A stretch of 64,000 nucleotides of DNA from an uncultured Actinomycetota bacterium (GTDB lineage Bacteria; Actinomycetota; Actinomycetes; Mycobacteriales; CAVVZQ01), in the NCBI GenBank assembly GCA_963752715.1, contig CAVVZQ010000006.1, forward strand, positions 93,179 through 157,178. Reading direction: 5' to 3'. Position numbers and translations under genes: made by a program. The notes beneath the pieces were generated by a model. It worked only from the letters and a program-made list of their open reading frames with translations, was not told the origin of the DNA and did no database searches. Shown here piece by piece: positions 9,263-19,631 of the stretch; positions within the stretch are counted from its first letter, which is position 1; each line of letters starts with the position of its first letter.

Positions 9263-10398
9263 GGCACCTCTCGGCCTTCGGTTTCCTCTCGGATCCGTGC
9301 CGGCGTGGGGTCAATGCCCCCCGCGAGCGCCAGATAGACGCTGGTGTAGTCCGTCGGCGCGACGAGGCTCGCGAGCCGTTCGACCGGGTTGGCGCCCTCG
9401 GCCCTGAGCTCGGCGACCGACACGCCCCGGTCCTGTGCGGATACCCTCAGAGCGTCTGCGCGGGCTGTGATCACGGGGTGTTCCACGGAGTCCCGCATCA
9501 GGATCAGCCGCAGACGCATCGCCGCGGGCCCGGACTCCACCGGGTCGTGAAAGATGTCGTGGCTCTCCCGGGCGGCGAACGGGCCCTCCAGGACACCGAC
9601 CATCGTGCGCCCCGCCTCCGGCAGGACTCCCCAGGTCGAGGGCCACTTCGCGTTGACCGCCAGCTGGGACGCGAAACGGTAGGCCGCGACCCCCGCCAGC
9701 GGCGAGGTGCCCACCAGGACGGGAACGCAGCCCGACAGGTCCAGCGCCGCGGACTTGGCAGGGTTGACGAACACCTCGCTGCCCGGACGGCACTGGTTCG
9801 CGACGCCGTCCAGTCGGTCGGCGGCCACCATGAGGTCGCTGTCGGGGACCTGATGGAGTCCCCAGCAGTCGCGGGTGACCGCCAGCAGCGACGCCGCGAG
9901 GAACCACAGCGAGCTTCGCGAGGACAGCTCCGGGTCCCAGCCGAGGAACGGAGCCCGGCCGATTGCGCACAGCTCGGCCAGCGGCGAGTCCGTGGCACCG
10001 ATGCCGATAACCGCTGCGTCCCGGCGGATGCCCTCACCGACCGCCGACAGCGTCTCTTCGCTGGAACCCGACGCCGAGACCCCGACGACCGCGTCGGCGG
10101 CCCCGACCCAGCCGGGAAGGCCGGCATCCCGGTGCACGGTGACGAGAACCGACGAGGTGCTCCCGACGATCGCGCACAGGACGTCGCCCGCCACCCCGGA
10201 GACGCCGATACCCGCCACCACCACCGCGCGAGGCCGAAAGGCTCCGGCCACGCGGCTGGTGTCGGTCTCCGCGGCGGCCGTCACCGCACGGCGCACCTGG
10301 GCACCGCCCGTGGCGAGCGCCCGGAGCATCCCACTCCTGTCGGCAGCAGCGAGATGGGCCGGGTCGTTGAGGACGTCCTCGTCGATGAGCGGGTTCAC
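9259..10398 (-). CDS. SIS-domain sugar-phosphate isomerase (Rv3256c-like; bifunctional PGI/PMI type)
   Basis: SIS-like segments (VVVAGIGVSGVAGDV..., VGVSASGSSEETL). GTG at 10398 overlaps the Trm112 stop (GTGA). The ORF track's longer N-terminus is R/G-rich junk. Confidence 0.7.
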   Translation of the reverse strand: MNPLIDEDVLNDPAHLAAADRSGMLRALATGGAQVRRAVTAAAETDTSRVAGAFRPRAVVVAGIGVSGVAGDVLCAIVGSTSSVLVTVHRDAGLPGWVGAADAVVGVSASGSSEETLSAVGEGIRRDAAVIGIGATDSPLAELCAIGRAPFLGWDPELSSRSSLWFLAASLLAVTRDCWGLHQVPDSDLMVAADRLDGVANQCRPGSEVFVNPAKSAALDLSGCVPVLVGTSPLAGVAAYRFASQLAVNAKWPSTWGVLPEAGRTMVGVLEGPFAARESHDIFHDPVESGPAAMRLRLILMRDSVEHPVITARADALRVSAQDRGVSVAELRAEGANPVERLASLVAPTDYTSVYLALAGGIDPTPARIREETEGREVP

Positions 10399-10607
10399 GG
10401 CGTACCGGTCCGCCCGGTCTCCGCCGCGTCTCGGTGCCGTGCCTGGTCGAGCAGCATGACCGGAATTCCGTCCCGCACCGGGTAGGCCAGTGGGCATCCG
10501 GTGCACAGCAGCTCATCACCCGACGGAGCGACCACGACAGGGCTGTGGCAGTCCGGACAGGCCAGAATCCCCAGCAGATGCTCGTCCACGTCAGCTGTCT
10601 TGGCCAT
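10395..10607 (-). CDS. Trm112-family small zinc-ribbon protein
   Basis: LLGILACPDCHSPV...LLCTGCPLAYPVRDGIPVMLLDQA, 70 aa. Confidence 0.85.
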   Translation of the reverse strand: MAKTADVDEHLLGILACPDCHSPVVVAPSGDELLCTGCPLAYPVRDGIPVMLLDQARHRDAAETGRTGTP

Positions 10608-12003
10608 CGGACCCCTCCCGTACCAGCTCCAGCACCTCGTCGCGGAGCAGCTCCATGCTCTCGCGATCGGGCGCCTCGGCGTTGAGCCTCAGGAGGGGTT
10701 CGGTGTTGGACGGTCGAAGGTTGAACCAGCGATGGCCCGGCAGCGAGACGGTCAGCCCGTCGAGGGTGTCCACTTCGGCGCCCGGACGAGCGGCGAATGA
10801 CTCACGTACGACCCGGGTCCTCTCCCGCGGGTCGGACACCTCCGAGTTGATCTCGCCGGAGACTTCATACCGCTCGTAGTCGCCGAGCAGCTCCGAGAGC
10901 GGCAGCGGGCTCTCGGACAGCGCAGCGAGTACGTGCAGGGCCGCGAGCATGCCCGAGTCCGCGCGCCAGAAGTCTCGAAAGTAGAAGTGGCCCGAGTGCT
11001 CGCCCCCGAAGACCGCTCCCGTCTCCGCCATGACCTGCTTGATGAAGCTGTGACCGACCCTCGTACGGATCGGAACGCCGCCATGCTCCAGCACGATCTC
11101 CGGAACCGCACGGGATGTGATCAAGTTGTGGATGACGGGCGAGCCGGGGTCCTTGGCAAGCTCCCGCACCGCGATCAGAGCGGTCAGCGTGCTGGGCGAC
11201 ACCGAGCGGCCGCGTTCGTCGACCACGAAGCACCGATCGGCGTCGCCGTCGAAGGCCAGCCCGATGTCCGCGGCGGATTCCAGCACCTGCCGCTGCAGGT
11301 CCCGCAGGTTCGCCGGGTCGATCGGGTTGGCCTCGTGGTTGGGGAAGGTGCCGTCCAGCTCGAAGTACATCGGCACCAGGTCGACCGGGAGCCGAGCGAA
11401 GACCGGGGGCACCGTGTAGCCCGCCATCCCGTTGCCGGCGTCGACCACGACCTTCAGCCGCCGTCCGGCGGACACCTCGACCAGGGACAAGAGCTTGTCG
11501 ACGTAGCCCCCCAGGATGTCCTGGCGCTGCACCGTGCCGGTCCGTCCGGCCGCCTGAAGCGGACCGGACTCCATCAGGCCGCGGATCTCGGACAGCCCGG
11601 TCTGCTCCCCGATGGGGGACGCTGCCGCGCGGCACATCTTGATGCCGTTGTACTGGGCCGGGTTGTGGCTGGCCGTGAACATCGCACCTGGTACGTCCAG
11701 CGATCCCGAGGCGTAGTACAGCATGTCCGTCGACCCCAGACCGGCTTCCAGGACGTCCGCTCCCTGCGCTGTCGCACCTTCGGCGAAGGCCTGCGCGAGG
11801 GACGGCGACGACGGTCGCATGTCGTAGGCGGTGACGATCCGATCCGCACCCACCACCCGGACGAAGGCCGCACCCGCGTCGCGGGCGGTGTCCTCGTCCA
11901 GCTGCTCAGGTACGAGACCGCGGATGTCGTAGGCCTTGATGATGGCCGAAAGATCCCTCACGACGGTCCATCCTACGGTGAGCTCGTTCTGCCCTGCTCT
12001 CAC
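10591..12003 (-). CDS. manB: Phosphomannomutase / phosphoglucomutase
   Basis: IKAYDIRG, the active-site motif FTASHNPAQYNGIK, and DGDADRCF. The start could instead be GTG at 11961. Confidence 0.9.
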   Translation of the reverse strand: MRAGQNELTVGWTVVRDLSAIIKAYDIRGLVPEQLDEDTARDAGAAFVRVVGADRIVTAYDMRPSSPSLAQAFAEGATAQGADVLEAGLGSTDMLYYASGSLDVPGAMFTASHNPAQYNGIKMCRAAASPIGEQTGLSEIRGLMESGPLQAAGRTGTVQRQDILGGYVDKLLSLVEVSAGRRLKVVVDAGNGMAGYTVPPVFARLPVDLVPMYFELDGTFPNHEANPIDPANLRDLQRQVLESAADIGLAFDGDADRCFVVDERGRSVSPSTLTALIAVRELAKDPGSPVIHNLITSRAVPEIVLEHGGVPIRTRVGHSFIKQVMAETGAVFGGEHSGHFYFRDFWRADSGMLAALHVLAALSESPLPLSELLGDYERYEVSGEINSEVSDPRERTRVVRESFAARPGAEVDTLDGLTVSLPGHRWFNLRPSNTEPLLRLNAEAPDRESMELLRDEVLELVREGSDGQDS

Positions 12004-12020
12004 ACGGAGCGGGCGGGCCC

Positions 12021-12461
12021 CTACTCCGCCCGAGCAGCCGGGACAGACCGTAAGTGCCGCTTGCTTCCACGCCTGCCCGCAGTGCCCTGCGAGAGGTCGT
12101 CCCGCCCGAGCGCTTCCTCGCTCGCAGCCTTTCCGCCCGTGTGCTCCTGCTCCGGAGCGGAGTCAGAACCCGCTCGCGCGCTCGGCAGCGTCCGTCGGGA
12201 CTCCCGTACCGCATCCGCGATCGCCTCGAGGTCGTCCGGGTTCGGCGGAGCTGGCATGAACTCCCCCTCGTGACGGACCATCTCCCAGCCGCGCGGGGCC
12301 GACATCCGCACCGCGTGACCTTCGCACAGGTCGTAGGAGTGCGGCTCGTGATGCGTCGCCAGCGGGCCGACCACCGCAGTCGAGTCCGAGTACACATACG
12401 TGAGCGTCGCGACTGCTGGGCGTCCGCATCCCTGCCGGGAGCATCGACGGAAGAAGCTCAC
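12021..12461 (-). CDS. DUF3499 domain protein (Rv3258c-like)
   Basis: GTG start. CSRQGCGRPAVATLTYVYSDSTAVVGPLATHHEPHSYDLCEGHA. Confidence 0.8.
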   Translation of the reverse strand: MSFFRRCSRQGCGRPAVATLTYVYSDSTAVVGPLATHHEPHSYDLCEGHAVRMSAPRGWEMVRHEGEFMPAPPNPDDLEAIADAVRESRRTLPSARAGSDSAPEQEHTGGKAASEEALGRDDLSQGTAGRRGSKRHLRSVPAARAE

Positions 12462-12606
12462 GAGCCGTGACGCTAGTCATCCGGCGCCTCGGATGCCAGC
12501 CATTTCGATGCCTACCGGAGCGTGTCGTGATCAGAGCGTGACCCTGAGGCGACCCCGACCCCGCTCAAGCCGCCCGAGTGGCCGTGCCGGACTACCCTCG
12601 GTCCTC

Positions 12607-13140
12607 GTGAGACGCTTCGCGGGCGGCCGGTTCCGCCGAAGCCAGGACCTCCCGCGGCGACCCCGGGCGCGCGACCGCCATGGTCGGGGGCTGCGCTCGC
12701 CGCTGGTGCCCCCCGGAGTTCCCCTGTTCCGCACCCGTACGGAGCGCTTCGACGACCTGGTGCTCGACGCTGTCGAACACCTCGAGCCACGCTGGGGCAG
12801 AGAGCTCGCCGCGATCGAGTTCGCCGTCGAGGACGTTCCGCCGGACGAGACCGCAGACTGGGAACCGGACGTGCTCACGGACGGATCTGTGGCCCTGGCA
12901 CGGATCGTGCGTCCCCAGAGCGATGCACCGGCCCTCCCGGCCGAGCACGCCGACGGACGCGGTCCGGGCGGGCTCGGCGCACCGGTGAGCCGCCCCCGCA
13001 TCGTGATCTACCGGCGTCCGCTGGAGCTGCGGGCGGTGGATCGCCACGACCTCTCACACCTGGTTCACGACGTGGTGGTGGAGCAGGTCGCGCACGTGCT
13101 GGGGATCGAGCCGGGTGAGGTCGACTCACCCGGTCACTAG
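12607..13140 (+). CDS. Rv3259-like small protein of the metallopeptidase-like family; start uncertain
   Basis: RDRHGRGLRSPLVPPGVPLFRTRTERFDDLVLDAVEHLEPRW...RIVIYRRPLELRA...VVVEQVAHVLGI. GTG at 12607 is the first plausible start downstream of DUF3499. I did not see an intact HExxH. Confidence 0.55.
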   Translation: MRRFAGGRFRRSQDLPRRPRARDRHGRGLRSPLVPPGVPLFRTRTERFDDLVLDAVEHLEPRWGRELAAIEFAVEDVPPDETADWEPDVLTDGSVALARIVRPQSDAPALPAEHADGRGPGGLGAPVSRPRIVIYRRPLELRAVDRHDLSHLVHDVVVEQVAHVLGIEPGEVDSPGH

Positions 13141-13409
13141 ACGGCCGCCTGGCGACGTAGCCGACGGCGCTCCCGCTCGGAGAGACCCCCCCAGATCCCG
13201 AAGCGCTCGTCGTTGGCCAGCGCGTACTCCAGGCACTCGGCCTTCACCTCGCAGGTGCTGCAGATGCGCTTTGCCTCCCGCGTGGAGCCCCCCTTCTCAG
13301 GGAAGAAGGCCTCCGGGTCGGTCTGTGCGCACAGCGCCCGCTCGTGCCAATCCATGCCCTCACCCGAGGTGATCGTGAGCATGACCGAGGAGCTGGAACG
13401 GTCGGGCAT
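13137..13409 (-). CDS. whiB: WhiB-family Fe-S transcription factor (WhiB2/WhmD type)
   Basis: Cys motif ALCAQ...CSTCEVKAEC followed by GIWGG. ATG at 13409 is preceded by AGGAGG 5 nt upstream (ctaggaggcgtcATG). Confidence 0.9.
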   Translation of the reverse strand: MPDRSSSSVMLTITSGEGMDWHERALCAQTDPEAFFPEKGGSTREAKRICSTCEVKAECLEYALANDERFGIWGGLSERERRRLRRQAAV

Positions 13410-13491
13410 GACGCCTCCTAGCAGGTGGCCGCTGCGCGCAACGGCCTGATAGTGCTGGTACACGTGTCGTCGGGGTAAACGACATGGGTGA

Positions 13492-13520
13492 AATTACATA
13501 CGTGGATGACGCTCCCGTCA
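13492..13520 (-). promoter_or_regulatory. Candidate housekeeping-type promoter for whiB: TTGACG-N17-TGTAAT
   Basis: The minus strand reads cTTGACGggagcgtcatccacgtaTGTAATt. The -35 element is at 13515-13520 and the -10 at 13492-13497, about 80 nt upstream of ATG 13409, in a locally AT-richer patch. Confidence 0.4.
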
Positions 13521-13545
13521 AGACCGAAGTTTGCCGGGAGGCGTC

Positions 13546-16104
13546 CTACCGGGGTGGCGCGACGGCGAGACGCTCCTGCGACACGGCCCCGTACGTCGTC
13601 GTCCGCTGCCGCACCGGACGGCCGACAGCCTCGGCGATGGCAGCGATCTCCGACGGCTGCCGTGACGACCCGTGCTGGGAGCCGGCCATCCGGCTGATGG
13701 TCTCCTCCATGAGGGTCCCGCCGAGGTCGTCCGCCCCGCCCTGGAGGATCTGTGCGCAGCCCGCGTCGCCGAGCTTGACCCACGAGCACTGGATGTGGTC
13801 GATGCGGCCGTGCAGCAGGAGTCGGGCAACGGCGTGGACCGCCCGGTTGTCCCGCATCGTGGGGCCCGGACGTGCGATACCCGCGAGGTAGACGGGTGCG
13901 TTGTGATGCACGAACGGCAGCGGCACGAACTCGGTGAAGCCCCCCGTACGCTCCTGCAGCTCGGCGATGAGCCGCAGGTGGCCCACCCAGTGGCGGGGCT
14001 GGTCGACGTGCCCGTACATCATCGTCGCCGACGAGCGCAGCCCGATCCGGTGCGCCGTGGTGACCACGTCCACCCAGGCGGCGGTCGGCAGCTTGCCCTT
14101 CGTCAGGACCCAGCGCACGTCGTCGTCGAGGATCTCGGCAGCGGTGCCCGGGATCGTGTCCAGGCCGGCATCGGACACCTCCCGCAGCCAGGACTCGACG
14201 GTCACGCCGGCCTTCGCCGCCGCGGTGGCGATCTCCATGGGGCTGAACGCGTGCAGGTGGATCTCCGGGGCAGCCTCCTTGACGGCGCGGGCCAGGTCCA
14301 CGTAGGCGCTGCGGGGGAGGTCGGGGTCGATACCACCCTGCAGGCACACCTCGGTCGCACCGGCGGACCACGCCTCGCCGACCCGTTCGGCGACCTCGGC
14401 AACGCTGAGCTGGTAGGCGTCGGCGTCGGTACGCCGCTGGGCGAAGGCGCAGAACCGGCAGCCCACGTAGCACACGTTGGTGAAGTTGATGTTCCGGTTG
14501 ACGACGTAGGTCACCGTCTCCCCGACGGCATCGCGACGTACGTCGTCCGCCAGTCGGCACAGCGCCTCGAGCTCGGGGCCCTCCTCCGCCTCCAGCAGCG
14601 TGAGCGCGTGGCTGTCGCTCAGGTTCGCGGGGTCCTCGGCTGCGGAGGAGAGCGCGGCCACGAAACCCACTCGCATGGACCTGCCCGGGCTCACGGGCGG
14701 GCTGGGCTCGGCTGCCGCCCTCGGGGCGGGCGCACGTGCCAGTCCGGCAGCGGCCGCCACCATGTCCAGGTCCCCGTACACCCACGTGGCGTCCCCGCGC
14801 AGCTGCTGCTCGCGCCCGCGGGTGTCGATGCTCGCGTGCAGGTCGGCCCGGCCGCGAGTCACGCCTCCCCCGTCGGGTTCCTGCCAGGGCAGCCCCTCTG
14901 GCCGCGCCTGTGGGTCGGCGAGGCCGGTGCGCTCGTCCATCAGGGCACGGACGTGGGGAGCAACCCGCGGGTCGAGCCACGGCTCACCGGCGATCGCGTA
15001 CGGCGGGTAGACCGTCAGGCGCTCCGCCAGATGGAACCCTGCCTCCGAGGTCCGCCGGGTGAGCTCGTCGATCTGAGGCCAGGGCCGCTCGGGGTTCACG
15101 TGGTCCGGAGTCAGCGGGCTCACCCCGCCCCAGTCGTCGATACCGGCCCGGAGCAGCAGCTGGAAGGCATCGTCCACCAGGTTGGGCGGCGCCTGCAGGC
15201 GCATGCCGGGGCCCAGCACGAGTCGCGCCGTTGCCACCGTGGCCGCGAGATCGTCCAGGTCGGCGTCAGGAACGCCCCGCATGGCGGTGTCGGGCTTGGC
15301 CCGGAAGTTCTGGACGATCACTTCCTGGACGTGACCGTAGGTGCGCGCCGAGTCGCGGATCGCGAACAGGGACTGTGCCCGCTCCGTGAGCGTTTCGCCG
15401 ATCCCGACCAGGATGCCGGTGGTGAACGGGACCGAGACCCGGCCCGCGTCCGTCAGGGTGCGCAGCCGGACCGCCGGCTCCTTGTCGGGGGAGCCGTAGT
15501 GAGGCCCTCCCGGCTGGGACCAGAGGCGCTCCGCCGTGGTCTCCAGCATCATGCCCATGCTCGGTGCGACCGGCTTGAGCCGGACCAGCTCGCTCCAGCT
15601 CAGGACACCGGGGTTGAGATGCGGGAGCAGCCCGGTCGTCTCCAGTACCGCGATCGCGCACGAGCGCAGGTAGTCCAGCGTGGAGTCGTACCCCCGTTCG
15701 GACAGCCAGGCACGCGCCTGGGGCCAGCGGTCCTCCGGTCGGTCGCCGAGGGTGAACAGCGCCTCCTTGCAGCCCAGAGCCGCCCCAGCGGAGGCGATGG
15801 CGAGCACCTGCTCCCGCTCCAGGAAGGGGCTGGCCACGCGAGCGGGCGTGGTCGCGAACGTGCAGTAGTGGCACCGGTCCCGGCACAGCCGCGTGAGCGG
15901 CACGAAGACCTTGCGACTGTATGTGATGACCCCCGGGCGACCGACCGAGAGCAGCCCGGCGTCCCGTACCGCGGAAGAGGCCTCCAGAAGTGCGTTCAGG
16001 TCGTCGCCGCGAGCTTCCATCAGGACCGCGGCTTCGTCGAGGCTGAGGGACCTGCCCGTGGCTGCGCGCCGCAGCGCCCGACGCATCACGGAGCTGTGGC
16101 CCAT
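13546..16104 (-). CDS. fbiC: FO synthase (fused CofG/CofH), F420 biosynthesis
   Basis: Two radical-SAM motifs ([10 protein letters not shown] and [10 protein letters not shown]), about 850 aa. Start is ATG 16104 or 16086. The track's longer N-terminus is junk. Confidence 0.9.
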   Translation of the reverse strand: MGHSSVMRRALRRAATGRSLSLDEAAVLMEARGDDLNALLEASSAVRDAGLLSVGRPGVITYSRKVFVPLTRLCRDRCHYCTFATTPARVASPFLEREQVLAIASAGAALGCKEALFTLGDRPEDRWPQARAWLSERGYDSTLDYLRSCAIAVLETTGLLPHLNPGVLSWSELVRLKPVAPSMGMMLETTAERLWSQPGGPHYGSPDKEPAVRLRTLTDAGRVSVPFTTGILVGIGETLTERAQSLFAIRDSARTYGHVQEVIVQNFRAKPDTAMRGVPDADLDDLAATVATARLVLGPGMRLQAPPNLVDDAFQLLLRAGIDDWGGVSPLTPDHVNPERPWPQIDELTRRTSEAGFHLAERLTVYPPYAIAGEPWLDPRVAPHVRALMDERTGLADPQARPEGLPWQEPDGGGVTRGRADLHASIDTRGREQQLRGDATWVYGDLDMVAAAAGLARAPAPRAAAEPSPPVSPGRSMRVGFVAALSSAAEDPANLSDSHALTLLEAEEGPELEALCRLADDVRRDAVGETVTYVVNRNINFTNVCYVGCRFCAFAQRRTDADAYQLSVAEVAERVGEAWSAGATEVCLQGGIDPDLPRSAYVDLARAVKEAAPEIHLHAFSPMEIATAAAKAGVTVESWLREVSDAGLDTIPGTAAEILDDDVRWVLTKGKLPTAAWVDVVTTAHRIGLRSSATMMYGHVDQPRHWVGHLRLIAELQERTGGFTEFVPLPFVHHNAPVYLAGIARPGPTMRDNRAVHAVARLLLHGRIDHIQCSWVKLGDAGCAQILQGGADDLGGTLMEETISRMAGSQHGSSRQPSEIAAIAEAVGRPVRQRTTTYGAVSQERLAVAPPR

Positions 16105-16185
16105 AGGCAACTGTACGGCGGCAAGTTCGCGGCACAGCGCCCTGTTGCCGGAGACACTGGCGCGGTGGAGGCAGACACTCGCCCA

Positions 16186-17163
16186 GTGAACATCGTGGTC
16201 CTCGCCGGAGGAGTGGGCGCCGCCCGGTTCCTCGCCGGCCTGCGCTCGCTGGCGGTGAGTACCACCGCCATTGTCAACACCGCGGACGACGTGACGCTGC
16301 ATGGGCTGCGGGTCTGCCCGGACCTGGACTCGGTGATGTACGCCCTGGGCGGGGGCAGTGACGCGGAGCGGGGCTGGGGACGGGCCAACGAGACCTTCAC
16401 CGTCCTCGAAGAGCTGCGCGCCTACGGTGTGGAGCCCACCTGGTTCGCGCTCGGCGACCGCGACATCGCCACTCACCTGATCCGCACCCAGCTGCTGGAC
16501 TCCGGCGTGCCGCTGTCACAGGTGACACAAGCGCTGTGCGACCGCTGGAAGCCGGGGGTGCGTCTGCTGCCGATGAGCGACGACCGGGTGGAGACCCATG
16601 TGGTGGTCGCGGACGGGCCCCACGGCGCCCGGCGGGCGCTGCACTTCCAGGAGTGGTGGGTACGGTTCGGGGCCGAGATTCCCGCATCGGAGTTCGTCCA
16701 GGTCGGTGCCGAGAAGGCCCGGCCCGGACCGGCGGTGCTCGACGCCATCGCCTCGGCGGACGCGATCCTCATTGCCCCCAGCAACCCCGTGGTGAGCGTC
16801 GCACCGATCCTGCGGGTGCCGGGTCTTCTCGACGCCGTACGGTCCTCCCCCGCGCGGGTTGTCGGCGTGAGCCCCATCGTGGCCGGACGCGCGGTCCGGG
16901 GGATGGCCCAGGCGTGCCTGTCCGCTGTCGGCGTCGCGACCCGCGCCGATGCCGTGGGGCGCTGGTACGGAGCACGTCAGGCTCCCGTCGGCAGCCCCGA
17001 GGCCGGCGAGTTCGGACTGCTGGACGGCTGGCTGGTGCACGACGGTGACGCAGCCGACGTGCCCGGTGTCACCGTTCGGGCGCGCCCCCTGATGATGACC
17101 GACGTGCCCGCAACGGAGGACATCGCCCGGGCCGCCCTGCAGCTGGCAGGGCTGCAGCTGTGA
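16186..17163 (+). CDS. fbiA: 2-phospho-L-lactate transferase (CofD)
   Basis: GTG at 16186 followed by [18 protein letters not shown]...NTADD...GDRD. This is the last 326 codons of the 1163-aa ORF; the rest of that ORF is antisense to fbiC. Confidence 0.9.
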   Translation: MNIVVLAGGVGAARFLAGLRSLAVSTTAIVNTADDVTLHGLRVCPDLDSVMYALGGGSDAERGWGRANETFTVLEELRAYGVEPTWFALGDRDIATHLIRTQLLDSGVPLSQVTQALCDRWKPGVRLLPMSDDRVETHVVVADGPHGARRALHFQEWWVRFGAEIPASEFVQVGAEKARPGPAVLDAIASADAILIAPSNPVVSVAPILRVPGLLDAVRSSPARVVGVSPIVAGRAVRGMAQACLSAVGVATRADAVGRWYGARQAPVGSPEAGEFGLLDGWLVHDGDAADVPGVTVRARPLMMTDVPATEDIARAALQLAGLQL

Positions 17164-18521
17164 GCGGCCAGGTGAGCGTGCTGCCGGTGGACGGCATCGG
17201 GGAGGTGACCGAGGGTATGGACCTTGGTGCGCTGATCTGCTCGCACGCCCCGTGGCTCCGGGACGGGGACATCCTGGTGGTCACATCCAAGATCGCCAGC
17301 AAGGCCGAGGGGCGACGCTACCCGCTGCCCCCGGAGGCACTCGACGGGACGCGCCCCGCCGCCGAGCGGGCACAGCACCGGGAACTGGCCCGCGAGCGGG
17401 CGATCCGCTCGGAGTCCCACCGGGAGATCGCCCGTCGGGGCTCCACCGTGATCGCCGAGACGCGGCACGGTGCGGTACTCGCAGCGGCGGGTGTGGATGC
17501 CTCCAACACCGAGCCGGGCAGCCTGCTGCTCCTCCCACTGGACCCGGACGCCAGCGCCGAGCGGATCGTCGCCGGCATCCGCAGTGGACTCGGTGTGGAA
17601 ACCGGCGTGGTGCTCAGCGACACCTCCGGCAGGCCCTGGCGGGTCGGGCTCACGGACTTCGCCCTGGGGGTGGCGAACCTGGCCCCGCTGGTCGACCTGC
17701 GGGGGCACCCAGACTCCCACGGCACTCCCCTCACGATGACGACCACGGCCGTCGCTGACGAGATCGCTGCGGCGGCAGACCTGGTGAAAGGCAAGACCAG
17801 CGGCGTCCCGGTCGCAGTGGTTCGCGGTCTCCCGGGGCTGGTGGGCGGCTCGGGGTCCGCGCGTGACCTGCACCGTCCGGCCCCGGAGGACCTGTTCCGG
17901 CTCGGCACTGCCGAAGCCTTCGCAGAGGGACTCAGGGAGTCGGTGGTCCGACGCCGCTCGGTACGACGCTTCGCCCAGCGGCCGGTCGACGCGGCGGTCA
18001 TCCGACGCGCGGTGGCAGCAGCAGTGACCGCGCCGGCGCCACACCATTCCACGCCCTGGCGCTTCGTCCATGTGACGGACCCCGCCACGCGGCAGGGACT
18101 CCTCACCGCCATGCGGGACCAGTGGCGCGCCGACCTCACCGGCGACGGCCTCGCCCCGGACGCCATCGACAGACGTCTCTCCCGCGGCGACCTGCTCTGG
18201 CAGGCTCCTGGGCTTGTCGTGCCGTGTCTGGTGCGCGACGGCGCTCACGCGTACCCGGACGCTCGACGGTCGGCGGCCGAACGCACGATGTTCGACGTGG
18301 CCATGGGCGCGGGTGTGCAGAACCTGCTGGTGGCGCTGGCGGCCGAGGGGGTCGGGTCGTGCTGGGTGTCATCGACGCTGTTCTGCCAGGACGTGGTCCG
18401 AGAGGCCCTGGCACTTCCGACCGGTTGGGAGCCGATGGGCGCGGTAGCGCTGGGCTACGCCGCCGAGTCCCCTGCTGCCCGACGACTGCGCGAGGTCTCG
18501 GCCTTCCTCGTGGAGCGCTGA
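17160..18521 (+). CDS. fbiB: Bifunctional F420 gamma-glutamyl ligase (CofE) with a nitroreductase-like domain
   Basis: The GTG start overlaps the fbiA stop (GTGA). Has [18 protein letters not shown] and GVDASN, with a C-terminal nitroreductase-fold region. Confidence 0.9.
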   Translation: MSGQVSVLPVDGIGEVTEGMDLGALICSHAPWLRDGDILVVTSKIASKAEGRRYPLPPEALDGTRPAAERAQHRELARERAIRSESHREIARRGSTVIAETRHGAVLAAAGVDASNTEPGSLLLLPLDPDASAERIVAGIRSGLGVETGVVLSDTSGRPWRVGLTDFALGVANLAPLVDLRGHPDSHGTPLTMTTTAVADEIAAAADLVKGKTSGVPVAVVRGLPGLVGGSGSARDLHRPAPEDLFRLGTAEAFAEGLRESVVRRRSVRRFAQRPVDAAVIRRAVAAAVTAPAPHHSTPWRFVHVTDPATRQGLLTAMRDQWRADLTGDGLAPDAIDRRLSRGDLLWQAPGLVVPCLVRDGAHAYPDARRSAAERTMFDVAMGAGVQNLLVALAAEGVGSCWVSSTLFCQDVVREALALPTGWEPMGAVALGYAAESPAARRLREVSAFLVER

Positions 18522-18540
18522 GCGCGATCGGCGCCTGATC

Positions 18541-19631
18541 TCACAGGGCCCGCATGTCCTGGACCGTCATCCGAGGTCCGAAGCGGGGCGGCGTGAACCC
18601 GCTGATCTCCAGCATGCGGACCGCACGGTAGCGCTGGCCACCGTACGGCTCCAGCAGTTCCAGCATGTGCTCGTCGTCCACCGGACGGCCGGTCAGCGCT
18701 CGTCCCACGAAGGCCGCCAGGTGGTAGTCCCCTACCGAGACCGCGTCCGGATGTCCCACGGCGCGCTGCAGCGTCTCGGCGGCGGTCCAGGGTCCGACGC
18801 CGGGCACGCTCCGCAGAGCCCGGTCGAGGTCGGCAGCCGGCAGCTCCGCCCCGAGCCGCTCCAGGCTGTCACCGACGCTCGCAACGGCTCGAACCGTCCG
18901 GCGCCGGTTGCCGTCGACGCCGAGGCGATGCCACTCCCAGTCGGCGATTCGCCTCACCTGCTGCGGGCCAGGCGGGAGGTGCAGGCCTGGGGGAGGTCCG
19001 CACGGTACAGGCCCGGACCGTGCGGACTGGGACCGTGCGGACTGGGACCGTGCGGACTGGGACCGTGCGGACTGGGATGGACGGACTGGGACGGTACGGA
19101 CCCGGTGGGTGGGGACCCGGGCGCCGGGTCGCCGTGTCGTACCAGCAACCCGCGCCAGGCAGCACGCGACTCCTTGCCGGTCACGCGCTGTTCCAGGACC
19201 GCAGCCAGCAGCGCCTCCCACACTCGCCCGGTACGGGGAATCCGGTGGCCGGCGAACCGTCGCCATGTCTGCGCGACGAGGCGATGGTGGGGCACGAAGC
19301 CACCGATGTCGTCGCGGCTGCCGAGCAGGGCAGGACCGGCCGCCACCGCCCAGGCGGCGCCGGACCCGTGTCCGCGGAACTCGACAGCTCCGTCCGGTTG
19401 CGGAACCACGTGCAGCGTGGCCGGACCCGTCGGGGTACGCATGGCGAGCCACGCAGAGCCGTCGCCGGACCACCGGAACGCGGGGTCCCTCCGACCACGC
19501 ACGAGCGGGCCAAGAACCTCACGAAGCGGAAGGGGGCGCTCCGTCCACGGCGGCCGCCAGCGCAGCGTCTGTGGGTCGTCGCCGGGGCGCACGCACCCCA
19601 GGATGGACCCCCGACACCTCCGGGACACCAC
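18541..19631 (-). pseudogene. HhH-GPD DNA glycosylase (AlkA / 3-methyladenine glycosylase II family) with an internal pentapeptide repeat and a 1-nt frame break
   Basis: The N-terminal part is in ORF 18954..19631 (LRWRPPW...VWEALLAAVLEQRVTGKESRAAWRGLLVRHGDPAPG). The C-terminal part is in ORF 18541..19473 (PPGLHLPPGPQQVRRIADWEWHRLGVDG...VPGVGPWTAAE...GDYHL). Adding one C to the C5 run on the coding strand (G5 at 18989-18993 on the plus strand) joins the two. Confidence 0.75.
19015..19103. repeat. 15-bp tandem repeat GGACCGTGCGGACTG: 4 perfect copies plus about 2 degenerate
   Basis: Perfect copies lie at 19015, 19030, 19045 and 19060. They are translated in the glycosylase frame as (SPHGP)4. 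Confidence 0.95.

Noticed and set aside
7124-9337. 737-aa ORF on the plus strand
   Set aside because: It is antisense to ahcY and the CDF transporter. Its composition is R/H/P/G-rich with no motifs. It is the usual stop-poor shadow frame of a GC-rich genome.
13672-16185. N-terminal 838 codons of the 1163-aa plus-strand ORF
   Set aside because: It is antisense to fbiC and has junk composition. Only the last 326 codons, from GTG 16186, are fbiA.
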